Assembly: GCA_048128005.1 (NCBI GenBank)
Contig: JBEUKZ010000050.1
Coordinates: 62,001 to 126,000 of the forward strand
DNA length: 64,000 bases
Direction: 5' to 3'
Source of the DNA: Veleropilina oligotropha
Lineage: Eukaryota
A program made the translations under genes and the position numbers. Position 1 is the stretch's first letter; each line of letters opens with the position of its first letter. Positions 39,004-51,537 of the stretch are shown piece by piece. Under the pieces are notes generated by a model that was given only the letters and a program-made list of their open reading frames with translations, was not told where the DNA came from and ran no database searches.

Positions 39004-39790
39004 TGTTTTCGTTGTGACAGAAAAGGACACTACGCCAGAGACTCGCAGTGCCCAGCAACGGACAAAACCTGCACCAAATGTGGTCATACAGGACACTACG
39101 CCAGAGACTCGCAGTGCCCAGCAACGGACAAAACCTGCACCAAATGTGGTCATACAGGACACTACGCCAGAGACTCGCAGTGCCCAGCAACGGACAAACC
39201 CTGCACCAAATGTGGTCATACAGGACATTATGCCAGAGACTCGCAGTGCCCAGCAACGGACAAACCCTGCACCAAATGTGGTCATACAGGACATTATGCC
39301 AGAGACTCGCAGTGCCCAGCAACGGACAAACCCTGCACCAAATGTGGTCATACAGGACATTATGCCAGAGACTCGCAGTGCCCAGCAACGGACAAACCCT
39401 GCACCAAATGTGGTCATACAGGACATTATGCCAGAGACTCGCAGTGCCCAGCAACGGACAAACCCTGCACCAAATGTGGTCATACAGGACATTATGCCAG
39501 AGACTCGCAGTGCCCAGCAACGGACAAAACCGGCACCAAATGTGGTCATACAGGACATTATGCCCGAGACTCGCAGTGCCCAGCAGCGGACAAAACCCTG
39601 CACCAAATGTGGTCATACAGGACATTATGCCCGAGACTCGCAGTGCCCAGCAACGGACAAAACCTGCACCAAATGTGGTCATACAGGACACTACGCCAGA
39701 GACTCGCAGTGCCCAGAGACTCGCAGTGTCCAGCAACGGACAAAACCTGCACCAAATGTGGTCATAAAGGGCATTTTGCGACTTGCTGCA
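39004..39790 (+). repeat. gag: 66-bp coding minisatellite: about 12 Gag zinc knuckles
   Basis: (CTKCGHTGHYARDSQCPATDK[T/P])n; +1 frameshift near 39595 and a partial duplication near 39715. Confidence 0.92.
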
Positions 39791-40306
39791 AACGAAAATG
39801 GACTCAAAAAGCCACAAATAAGAATAACAATATATAGATATAGTAATTATAATAAGAAAGGTCAGGTAGGTCGAGTTCATAACGTAGATGTCAGTTCAGA
39901 TGATCATGATGATTATGTTTTTGGTGTTAAACACACACAAGACTAGTACATTGAACAAAACTGTCATTTATTTGAATGGAAATCATGTTGACGCTATCAT
40001 CGACAGTGGTGCATCGGTTAATGTAATCGATAAATCCCTGTGGGAATAATTGAAACAAAATAGGTAAAGTGTCACTCAGAGAAAACAGATAAAAAGCTAT
40101 AGCTTATGGTTCTGAAGAACCTCTTGAGTTGTTAGGAAAATTCACAACAAAAGTATCATTGTTAAACAATGATGACTGGGTAGAAGCATAAATCTTTGTT
40201 ATTTGTGGACATGGACCAGCATTGTTGGGAAATGAAACTGCATCGAAACTAGGTGTTTTAAAATTGGGTATTAACTCGGTTCAGGAAAATGTGTTCAGTG
40301 ATTATG

Positions 40307-41415
40307 TATGGAGCCGAATAGGTGCAAAAATTCTACATCCTACATTCTTTATTCTACATCCATCATTCATCATGCTACATGGTAAAATACAAGGTGCAAA
40401 AATTCTACATCCTACATTCTTTATTCTACATCCTACATTCTTTATTCTACATCCTACATTCTTTATTCTACATCCTACATTCTTTATTCTACATCCTACA
40501 TTCTTTATTCTACATCCTATATTCTTTATTCTACATCCTACATTCTTTATTCTACATCCTACATTGTTTATTCTACATCCTATATTCTTTATTCTACATC
40601 CTACATCCTACATTCTTTATTCTACATCCTACATCGTATTATGCTATCTCAATTCTGCCTGATAGATGGCGCTGCGGTGTTAAAGTGTGAAACTAACCGC
40701 TCCCTTGCTGTCACTCGTCGCTGAGAGCCTCGTTCAACGAAAGGTAATATCTGTATCATTATGTTTAACAGAGGTGAATTGCCGTTATTGTTTTTATTTT
40801 AGACGAAATACTATAGGCTTGATACAGATATTACCTTTCGTTCAACGAGGCTCTCAGCGACGGGTGACAGCTAGGGAGCGGTTAGTTTCACAATTTAACA
40901 CCGCAGCGCCATCTATCAGGCAGAATTGAGATAGCATAATACGATGTAGGATGTAGAATAAAGAATGTAGGATGTAGGATGTAGAATAAAGAATATAGGA
41001 TGTAGAATAAAGAATGTAGGATGTAGAATAAAGAATATAGGATGTAGAATAAAGAATGTAGGATGTAGAATAAAGAATGTAGGATGTAGAATAAAGAATG
41101 TAGGATGTAGAATAAAGAATGTAGGATGTAGAATTTTTGCACCTTGTATTTTACCATGTAGCATGATGAATAATGGATGTAGAATAAAGAATGTAGGATG
41201 TAGAATAAAGAATGTAGGATGTAGAATTTTTGCACCTTGTATTTTACCATGTAGCATGATGAATGATGGATGTAGAATAAAGAATGTAGGATGTAGAATA
41301 AAGAATGTAGGATGTAGAATTTTTGCACCTTGTATTTTACCATGTAGCATGATGAATGATGGATGTAGAATAAAGAATGTAGGATGTAGAATTTTTGCAC
41401 CTATTCGGCTCCATA
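40307..41415. mobile_element. Foldback non-autonomous element with TATGG..CCATA termini and 6-bp TSD (IS3EU-like)
   Basis: TSD attatg at 40301-40306 and 41416-41421; almost the whole element is one palindrome with a 21-bp ctacattctttattctacatc minisatellite in both arms; removal restores VFSDY-EGCFHGIGKLKDYQ. Confidence 0.88.
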
Positions 41416-42915
41416 ATTATGAAGGTTGTTTTCATGGTATTGGTAAATTGAAAGATTACCAATTAAAATCGAACATAGATGATAATATAACACCAGTTGC
41501 TCAGCGCATGTAAAGAATCCCATTTAGTTTAATGGAGAAAGTAGGTGACAAACTAGACGAGTTAAGAGTCCCAAGACATAATAGAAAGAGTCAATGATCC
41601 TACTCCCTGGGTTAGCCCGGTAATTGTAGTGCCAAAACCAAACGGGGGACATACGACTGTGTGTTGATATGCGCCAAGCTAATAAAGCTATAATTCGCAA
41701 AAGACACCCTATCCCGACAGTGGACGAAATCTTGTACAACTTAAATGAGAGTGAAGTATTTTCTAAATTAGATCTCGAATATGGTTATCACCAAATAGAA
41801 TTAGATCAGTCGCCAAGGGAGATAACCACATTCGTGACACATAAGGGGTTGTACAGGTATAAACGATTAATGTTGGGCATTAATGCTGCATATGTTGTCC
41901 CAGGTATTTCATGATTGTGACGGTGTAATGAATTTGTCTGATGACATTGTTGTGCATGGTAAAAACAAACAAGAGCACGACGCTAGACTGAAAATGGCTC
42001 TTGCCAGATTAAGAGACAAAAATCTGACGCTAAACAAAGCGAAATGTCAAATAGGTTTGAATAAGATAACTTTCATGGGTCACATTTTAGTGTGCAATGA
42101 GCCACGAACGTTAAAAGATTATGTGTTCCGTGGATAAAGAGAGATAACTCTTCCCATCATGTCTTGTGGTCTTACTATAGTCTGGATCTAGATAGGTGAT
42201 TTATTATACTAGAGGATTTTCAAGCGCAGTCCCAATCTCCACGCATGCGCCGCTCCGCTACATGGACGGACACGACAGGGGAAGGGAAGTAACTCTGCTG
42301 AAGGTTGGCACCGTCCCTCGATGATACGTCACAAAATTAAAAAATATCGAAATCGCCAGGCAAATACTCCACACATTGATTGCTCTCTATTTTATGTATA
42401 ACAATCAATGTGTGGGGCATTTTTGCCTGGCGATTTTGCAATCAAGATTGAAATAACTGCCTCGATTGTGCAAACTAACAGGAGTGGGTTCAATTTCGGG
42501 TAGGAGCAAAGGCATTCTTTGTTCAATTATCAATCGCAGTTGTCCATAACTGACCTGGGTGGGCGGCTTTCGCCCGGACGACCAGGCTTGACTCCCGCGA
42601 TAATATGAACATGTACCGGTTTGAACCTGACGGTATATAGCCTACAGGATAGTAAGGATCGACCCATGCAATCATTTCAATATAAATATTTCCAATATAA
42701 AAATAATAAATAGCATGATCAAAGTATATTAATATGCTAAATGTATTTTGTTCTTTATTTTCAGTGAAAATCAGACTTCATTTTAATGAAAGCTTAGTGG
42801 AAATGCTATTATAATTTATAATCTGACCAAGTTTGTGAAAATACCTTTTTGTTTGTCTGATAACCTATACATTTACTGACAAAGATGAGTTTTTAACTAG
42901 ATTCCCATGTACAGT

Positions 42916-43390
42916 TGTAAGATCCAACAGGAACCGACTCGCATCGGACCAGTGTAGTCTCCTTACTTCCAGGTCATCCGGTTTTATTGAGCTCTGGCGT
43001 GTGGTGATTTTTACGATCCTGATTATAGGCTACTATATCCAGTCGAATCCTAGATTCGTTCAGCCTTCGTCTAACAGTAGACTTTCGTACCCTCTTATCG
43101 TAACTCTGCTATTGGTCTCTGGGAATCATCTAGCAAAGCGTACCAAAAACGAGCATCAGTTGTTCGTATTACACTATGTTGTTGTGAAATGTTCCGTTTC
43201 GTAACATGTACGTATTGATCCTTGTTTTGTAAGAACTTAAATAAAAGCGTTCGCCATGTGCGCCTTCCAGAGTCGTGAGACTGTGTTGCTAAGTAATGTA
43301 ACAGTACGTTTACAATGATTGTATACACATTATAATAATTGGCGACGAGGTAAATAACTGTATTTTATCCAGTAATGGTTTTACTGTGAT
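42916..43390 (+). mobile_element. Second Gypsy-type LTR with PBS, truncated by the array
   Basis: AATAAA near 43240 and PBS tggcgacgagg at 43340-43350. The left edge (tgtaag at 42916) is a guess. Confidence 0.55.
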
Positions 43391-43407
43391 TGTGTGACGA
43401 ATTCACA

Positions 43408-45019
43408 AAACCTCTCAGATTCGTTCGATTTGCAACGAAAGCGAGGTTGTGGGCGTCTGCTAAATCTTTGCAGAACCGTAACTCACTAAGTATTTCCGGT
43501 GGTGATTATTTGGCATTGGTTAAGTGGGCCCGTTAAGTGTAAACGTTAATGTAACAACAAAACGCTAAACAAATTTAAAGCTTTTAAAAAATAGTCTTTT
43601 GTAAATATCGTATACATTTAGTGAACTGATTGTAGGCATAATTGCCAGTTAATATAACAAAAAATTTATGCGTTCGTATCTAGGTGCTACCTACAACATA
43701 TTAACGAAGATCGTCCTATAGATAATGATTAGGGACATGACCACAATATCTACACATACCTGTGCATACCTTGAAACTTGAACCGGATGGTCACGAATTG
43801 ACCACTGCGCAAACTCGAGTCAGCCATGTTTCGAAGGTTTTGTGTTGTTCATTCGGTCTTTTTACATTGGAGTACCATAATCTCGCACCATCGAGATATG
43901 CAAAACAAAGTAATTACGGACAACGGCCGATTTTAAAATTCAAATTATCCAAGTACAATAACATTAATAACGCGACAAATTGATATAAACCCATTGCTAT
44001 CGTCTGTGCATATATCTTTTTCTGCAAGAATGGCGTGATGTTTTGATAATTATGACGTCAGAGAAAATGCGTCGCTAAGCAACAATGAGTGACGTCGCGG
44101 AATATGTGTGTCAGCTTACACTAGACGTTATGAATAAGAAGACAGGGTACGGATTTCATACTTTTTATTTGTGTATAATCCCTATTCTGCGTTCGTATCT
44201 AGGTGCTACCTACAACATATTATTTATTGTTATCTATTTTATCTTAATATCTTTTTCGTAATAACGAACGAAGATCGTCCTATAGATTAGGGACATGACC
44301 ACAATGTCTACACATACCTTGCAACTTGAACCGGATGGTCACGAATTGACCACTTCGCAAACTCGAGTCAGCCATGTTTCGAAGGTTTTGTGTTGTTCAT
44401 TCGGTCTGTTTACATTGGAGTACCAAAATCTCGCACCATCGAGATATGCAAAACAACGAAATTACGGACAACGGCCGATTTTAAACTTCAAATTATCCAA
44501 GTACAATAACATTAATAACGCCACAATTTTATAAACCCGTTACCATGCATATATTTTGGCGCAAACTCGAGTCAGCCATGTTTCGAATGTTTTGTGTTCA
44601 TAACTTGATCTTGTTGATCTTGTTTTATTGGAGTACATTGGAGTACCAAATTCTCGCACCATCGCGATATGCAAAACAACATAATTACGGAACAACGGCC
44701 GATTTTAAACTTCAAATTATTCAAGTACAATAACATTAGTAATACGACAAATTGATATAAACCCATTACACTCGTCTATGCATATATCTTTTGCTACAAG
44801 AATGGCGGGATGTTTTGAAAATTGCGACGTCAGAGAAAATGCGTAGCTAAGCAACAATGGGTGACGTCGCGGAATATGTGTGTCAGCTTACACTAGACGT
44901 TATGAATAAAGGACGCGTTTAAATGTTAAGAAAACATCGCAGGGTACGTATTTCATATTTTTTATTTGTGTATAATCTCTATTCTGCGTTCGTATCTAGG
45001 TGTTACCTACAACATATTA
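43408..45019 (+). repeat. Third cluster of Helentron-like units
   Basis: Partial unit to 43703, full unit 43704-44222, 41-nt non-unit segment, then a composite unit 44264-45019. Confidence 0.92.
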
Positions 45020-46100
45020 GCTCTACAGAGCTAGTGTTTACTGTTTTACACACGACGTTAAATAAATTTTCTTGTATCTTGTACACCGAGCCAGTCATCC
45101 ATGTTGTGGATACATTGGCGCCGAATGTTCTAGAATTTCGTATTAGCGTCGGGTGTTTCTGGAGCTTCTACCGAGCGTCGGAAAGCGATAATACTCCATT
45201 CTTTGGGTGCGGAAGGTCAGATAATTTATTATACATTGCCAGAAATACCGTTACAAGATCACGAAGCAGACGATTGCTTTAAAGGTACAATGCGTGTTCT
45301 AGAAAACCATTTCAAGACGAAAATGAATGTTGTCGTGGAACGATACCGTTTTCGAAAACGTGCTCAATTTGCCAAGGGAGACAATTGATACATATGTTGC
45401 AGCATTACGTGAACTTAGTATAACATGCAATTTTGGTGGCTTTACTGATGAAATGATTCGCGATCAAATCGTTGAGAAGAGGAACTCTGAACGTGTACGC
45501 GAACGCTTATTGTTAGAACAAGATATTAAATTAGAGAAGGCAATCGATATAGCTCGAAGAGTAGAAACGGCTGTCAGCGAAGCGAAGTCTTTAACAGGGA
45601 AAGACAGGCAAGAAAATACATGTGCTCCAGTGAATTATAAAAAAAATCAAATTATAGGCTAATAAACAATCTAAGAAAAGTACATTTCATGGTGTAAGTG
45701 TTGGTACAAATGTAAAACAATTTTACAGGTGTGGTTCAAAACAGCATTTAGCCAATAATGATGCATGCCCTGCTAAAGATAAAATATGTTGAAAATGTGC
45801 CAAGAAAGGACATTTTGCGGATCAGTGCTCTCAGAAAGTACATTCAGTAACCGCAACTACACCCACATCAGAAAGTGCATGGGATATTCTTTGTGTGAAT
45901 AGTAATTACAGCAAGAGAGCTGTAACCGGTAACATTGTGGTCAATGGTGTAAACGTGCGTATGATCGTTTGACACAGGTTCTGATGTTTCCATTCTTAAA
46001 AGTGAAGTGCATAAACAATCGTACACAGACACTAAAATACAGGTAATTGGCAAGATGAACGCTACTGTCCTGTATTGTGATAAAAATGTGAACTGTTCAT
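44228..46100 (+). mobile_element. Third Gypsy element: split LTR (44228-44263 plus 45020-45114), gag and protease remnant
   Basis: TGTTAT start; AATAAA and ..ggatACA end followed by tggcg; gag RKAIILHSLGAEGQ, VERYRFRKR, MIRDQIVEK, two knuckles; protease DTGSDVSIL. Confidence 0.8.
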
Positions 46101-46193
46101 CTTGAAATAATTAGACGATTTTAATTTATTTGGCGATCGTTTCATTTAATTTCGTATTTTCTTTAGTACCCGGATGTTCTTGTCGCTTGCCCA

Positions 46194-47060
46194 ATGACAC
46201 AAAACAAATACCCCATTGTGTACAGCAGAGAGCAACTCCTCTCCTTACAGTCCGTGAACACAAATCATTCCAAACTTCTCCCCCACACTTTATTCAACCA
46301 GCTTTGCTCTTTGGGAATTTCTAAAAAGAAAAAGGCGAAACGGGGATGCAGAGATGGAAAAGAAAAGAAAATGGAACAAACCAGTGTATCTAGTTGTGTT
46401 GACAGACAACGGGTGAACTGTGCAAATTTAATTCTGGTTCATCCAAAACCTCCCTCTAGTAATATTAAGGTTGGTGTCTGGAATGCTCAATCTTCTAGAA
46501 ATAAAGCATTAGTAATTCATGGCTCAATACTAGATGATAATTTGGACATTCTATTTCTAACTGAGACATGGCTTCGAGATCATGGGGATGAAACAATAAT
46601 CCACGAGATGATCCTCAACTGTTTTTCCATTAAGCACATCTCCAGAAAAAGATTAGGTGGCGGTGTGGCAATGATTTTTAGAAACAGTCTGACGGTTGAA
46701 TTGTTAACTCCAAATGTCAACTACAAAAGTTTTGAACAGTTAGATGTTACAATTAGTTGTCAGGGAACTACTATTCGCGTCGTTTGTTTGTATCGACCAC
46801 CCCCATCTAATAAAAACCACCTTTGTGCGGCAGACGTTTTGGATGAACTGCACTTACTGTTCTCTCATCACACAAGAGACAATACCATATACCTTGGTGA
46901 TTTCAATGTCCACTACAATGATGCATATACAGCAGATGTTAGCAGGGTCATTAAGCTACTAGATGCCCTTGGGCTCGATCAGCTGGTCACAAAACCAACT
47001 CACAAAACTGATCACATTTTGGATTGGATAGTTACAAAATAGAAGATCACACTGGTGATG
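46194..47060 (+). pseudogene. L2/CR1-group LINE 5' fragment (AP endonuclease)
   Basis: YSREQLLSL, KRGCR, WNAQS, LTETWL, GGGVA, LYRPP, GDFNVH, PTH..HILDW. Confidence 0.88.
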
Positions 47061-47391
47061 AACGTTATAGTGGGGGTTACGTAGATGTCACAATTATAAC
47101 ACAATACCAAATGATAACACTATTAATTGACGAGAATGTGCATGTGTAATGATAGAAGGCCTGAAAAAGCGCATGATTACAGCCAAAAGTTTATTTTGTG
47201 CGATTATAGTCACTAAGTGGAAGGTATTATCAGAAAGTATCAAACATGTGAATAAATTATGTGATAAAAGACCGCCCCGGTACTCTGTCTAACAGGAGTG
47301 CGTTTTGACTTTGGTTGTGACAATTAATGGCGTTCTTTGTTCAGTTACCAACCACAGTTGTCCATAACCGTCCGCTGAGGGTGGGTTTTCC

Positions 47392-47525
47392 CCGGAGATT
47401 GGGCGCTCCTCCGGAGATTGGGCGTACCTCCGGAGATTGGGCGCTCCTCCGGAGATTGGGCGCACCTCCGGAGATTGGGCGTACCTCCGGAGATTGGGCG
47501 TACCTCCGGAGATTGGGCGCACCTC
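47392..47525. repeat. 19-bp minisatellite, about 7 copies
   Basis: (ccggagattgggcgYWcct)n. Confidence 0.9.
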
Positions 47526-48391
47526 GAGCGACAATATGGACATGTAATAATATGAACCTGGCCAGCTGTTAAAAATAGGCTATTAAATATTGTAGACGCT
47601 ATGTATTTTGCTTAGTTTTACAGCAAATTCATCAAAGTTGACCACAATTATAACACTTTATTAATTGACAAGAATGTGCATGTCACATTGCGTAATGATA
47701 GAAGAGATTCAGAAGTCCCGAATAACCGCATGATTACAGCCACAGGTTACTTTTGTGCGATTACAATGGAAGGTATTATCAGAAAGTATCGAACATGTGA
47801 ATCTATTGTTGCCCCCCACCCCACAATGGACATGTATGAAAGAAAGGTTCACTGGAGATGATTTTAAGTTGTTGTTTTAATGCAATCATATTCTAAACGT
47901 ATAACTTTGTTTAATTCCTTCGTCTGGTATGTGTTATTAATATGTGTTGATACATGAAATAAAAAATGATAAGTTCTAAAAGGAATCACTTGAATGATGC
48001 ATTAACGATTTTGTAAAATGATGTGTGTGTCTAAAACAGGCCTTTTCACCCTCAAGAGTGCATGAGAGGCCGCCTCGCAATCGTAAATCACAAAATTTTC
48101 TTCTGTGTGAGCACAGGCCCTTGACGATACGTCACACAAAAAGACTGAAATATTTGTAAAAAGGCGGATGTAAAACTAAAGTGATTCACATTAAATAAAA
48201 CGCTTAAGAGCGCAGGCCGTTCCGGGAATCACATGGGTGATTGCTGACAACACTGAAATAAAGTTAATCAATTTTGCCCCCCCCCTCCCCCTCCACCAGA
48301 AAAATCCTACCTACGGCCCTGTATTAATTATAAGTTTTAATATCAATCAAACAACTATCTACAGTTAAAAAGAATATCTTTAATCATTTAA

Positions 48392-48700
48392 TCATCTATT
48401 TATAGCAAAGTCTCCAGACGCGAGCCATTGCGGTGACCTACGGTCACGGGTAGATCGACGCAGTGGTTGGGGTTCTGGTACTACTTCTGGATCGTCGTTG
48501 ACAATGAAATCTTCGGTCGGAGTTTGTGTTTGCTCCTCCTCTGATACGTCAAGTTCTTGGAAGTTCTCCATCGAAACATTTACGATTTGCTCTTCAGGTT
48601 GTGGTGGTTCTGACCTGTTGATATGAATCGAAACGTCATCGCCATGTTGCATACTTTTATCTCGTTGTGGAACAGCAACATTTCTTCTACTATCAGGTCT
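48392..48700 (-). pseudogene. Probable Gypsy pol extreme C-terminus
   Basis: Acidic, proline-rich stretch ending PLRRSTRDRRSPQWL..DF*. Confidence 0.55.
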
Positions 48701-48904
48701 TCATCGGATTAATTAAATTATAACTGTTAGCAATAAAGAAAAATATCAATAAAGGATTAAATTATTTACAGCTCGCCTCACAAATTCTATTGTCACTCAA
48801 TTTAGTCTGACCGGCTAGCCCGGCTAAACATTGTCTGGAATCAATGGGTCAATTTAAGAGACTACTAGTATTGCCCGTAAATGCGCTCTTTCCTTTATAA
48901 AAAG

Positions 48905-51529
48905 GGTGTCTGCACACGACGTCGCAAAATGAAATTCATGTAGTCTCACGACGTCGCAAGGCGGCATCGTTTGATGGTGTAAGAGGGTTTAGTGAGAACG
49001 ATCGGGGTACCCGGTGATGAAATTCACAAATCGCTAAGTGGAGAACATTCACCATATTAGTGAAATTCGAAAATCACTCACTCACCGTATGTCATTAGTG
49101 ACATACCATGTTAATAGTGAACATACTCACATAATTGATAAAAAGGGGCCAACATGATCATAGTGTTATCATTCTCAATATGGCTAATGTACAAGTGATG
49201 ACCAAATTTATACCAACGGTTAGAGGCAGCAGATATCTCTGTGTGGGCGGACATATGTACAGAGTAAATAGAAAGAATGAACAAAAGATAAACTGGCGCT
49301 GCACTACAAAAGTTTGTTCTTGCACGGCTGTAACACGGAACGACATCGTCATTAAAATACAAGGCCATCATACGCATCCTTCTGTGAATGACGACATTCG
49401 GGTAATATATTGTGATTTGTAACTTTCATAGTATACCTAATAACAGATTTCAATGAATTCATATTATACCTAATAACAGATTTCAATGAATTCATATTAT
49501 ACCTAATAAAATTCATATGCATATATACATATTGATAAAAAATAGAGTTATTGTTATTTATATATATATAATATCTTCAATTACAGGTGAAAGAAGTTCT
49601 TGGCGACCTGAAGGTTAAAGCGCAGTCGTCCCTGAGTCCCATGCCGTCACTCTTTCAAGAAGCACGATAATGCCATGCCCCTGCTCCACTCTCTTCACTG
49701 GCTTCCAGTTCAGGCAAGAATTGATTATAAATTATCAACTCTGTGCCATGCTTACTTCGATCAATCACTACCTCAATGTCTGTCAGATCTACTCTCGGTG
49801 TATTCCCCAGCAAGGTCTCTCCGTTCTTCTTTAGACACTCGTATTCTTTGCATTCCTGGCATGAAAACGAAATCTCTCGGAGAACGTTTTTCATTTGCTG
49901 CTCCAAGCCAATGGAACTCACTCCCTGTTGTTATTCGTTACATCGAAGACAAAGCAACTTTCAAAAGATCTCTCAAAACACACTTGTTCCGGAAACATTT
50001 CTCATAAATCTCGCATCTATCAACTTTTTCCTTAATTGTGTCAAGTCGGCTATAAAATGTGTATGTCTTGTAAATTTATATTGTTTATCATTGTCTGTTT
50101 AAGTGTTCTGATTCAATCATTGTAAAGCGCAAAGTGCTAGAATCCTTTTCCTGATCTTGCGATATATAAATCTCTCATTATTATTATTAAACTACGAGGA
50201 GATCCCGTTGTCGCAGCCATGCCTACATTCGAGTCATCTAGAGCGATCCTATATCGTGCCCGCAGAGCAGTACTCCCCCCTCTTCCAGCCAGCACATGCG
50301 ACCTTGATATTCCAGATGCCTTCCAAATGACAGAATCGAACGAACAATTACTCCTGATCAACGACGGTTACGATGACAAAATCCTTGCCTTTGCCACAGC
50401 AGCTAAGAACGCTGTATGTGCCGTATTCCCACGCGCTGAGTGGAAAGGCTGTTTCTTTCATTTCACCCAGTGCGTGTGGCGGCGAGCACAACACCATCAT
50501 CTACAAACAGAATACAACCAAAACGAGGAAGTCACCAGTTTTGTTCGGATATGTTCTGTCTTGCCACTAGTGGCGGTGAATCATGTAAGAAACAATCTTT
50601 ATAACTACAGAACAAAATGGATAACAGCAATCAAATTAGCTTTGCCAATAACAGTTTATTATTAACCCTGCTGTCGCGAAAGGAACATTATTTATTTAAA
50701 AAAGTATTTAAAATAAACATATTATATATACAAGTCAGTCATAGCAAAATTAACCTAACTGTGCACCTATACTTTTCAGGTTATGGATGTATGGCTGGAC
50801 ACTTACGCTCGGATGCCAAGGGACCGAAGATGCGACGCTTTAGCAGACTACGCACCAATGGCTGGAAGGAAATTTTCTCCGATTCGAACAGTGGAACTAC
50901 TATGAGACGACAGGCCCAAGGACAAACAATCACCTCGAAGGATATCACGGTCGGGTAAATAAACTAATTCGTAAAGCGCATCCCAACATATTTGAAATTA
51001 TCCATCTGCTACGGTCAGTTCAAACGACAACAGAAGCACAAATCATTCAGTATGCTGCAGGATAGAAAGACCAACCAAGAAGAGGAAATATCGTACGCTG
51101 GAATCTAAATTACTAGAAAGCTGGCAAGAAGTGAAATCGCCGTTATTGAATACGCTGACGCTGTGTCTCATTTTATTCATTTTGAATAACTTCAAGTAGT
51201 ATGTGTAAGAAAACGGTTATTGTGCATGAATTCCACAGTTACAGTTATTAATTTATATGTTATATATGCAATAAAACTGTTTATTCTGTATTTATTTCTC
51301 CTGTATTAATTCATAAAATATAAAATGCTACAATTTTTGCATTTATATTTCCACTTACTAGTATTAATATACCATGCACCGTGAAATTAGTTGAACCTTG
51401 TAACCGTGACTCACTAATTACACCATTGTTATCGCTAATCTCCTGAAGGCCAAAAGTCTCACGACGTCGCAAAAAAATTGGCCCACAGAGTAGACCGATG
51501 TTCATATTGCGACGTCCTGAGCATGAACC
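48905..51529 (+). mobile_element. FLYWCH-MULE DNA transposon, internally deleted
   Basis: 8-bp TSD ataaaaag at 48897-48904 and 51530-51537; imperfect TIR gc.ca.gacgtcgcaa.atgaa; exon 49180-49401 is FLYWCH-like (GHMY..INWRC..C..HTH); later GCFFHFTQCVWR and RTNNHLEGYH; GT-AG introns at 49402-49586 and ~50585-50779. Confidence 0.85.
49662..50188 (+). pseudogene. 5'-truncated L2 LINE inserted in the FLYWCH-MULE exon
   Basis: LHWLPVQARIDYK..RSLRS..FSFAAPSQWNSLP..FKRSLKTHLF; tail tgtaaagcgc..gcgatatataaat..(att)n. Confidence 0.9.
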
Positions 51530-51537
51530 ATAAAAAG

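Larger units (their letters stand above)
37141..42088 (+). mobile_element. Decayed Ty3/Gypsy (Mag-like) retrotransposon: partial 5' LTR, PBS, gag, protease and RT; 3'-truncated
   Basis: LTR tail with AATAAA ending ..cccttca at 37284; PBS tggcgacgagg at 37288 (complementary to a tRNA-Ser(GCT) 3' end); gag YEIYCFRTMSQKENETVEQFITRLR..RDQVIEKC; protease IIDSGASVN; RT PWVSP, LCVDMRQAN, FSKLDL..GYHQ, NLSDDIVV; many stops and frameshifts. Confidence 0.92.

Noticed and set aside
40222..41513. ILHPTFF / FYILHSL / GCRIKNV repeat ORFs
   Set aside because: Artefacts of a 21-bp minisatellite in the foldback element.
18531..44733. Recurring LEPDGHELTTAQ ORFs
   Set aside because: They are translations of the non-coding unit; starts, frames and stops vary between copies.
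18547..45019. CRISPR-like array (repeat units with 56- and 41-nt variable segments at a fixed position)
   Set aside because: Repeats are 470-700 bp, most junctions have no spacer, there are no cas genes, and the short segments are explained as host MITE and LTR sequence left between insertions.
46194..50188. Treating the L2 endonuclease piece and the L2 3' piece as one element
   Set aside because: The 3' piece sits inside an exon of the TSD-bounded FLYWCH-MULE, so it is an independent 5'-truncated insertion.
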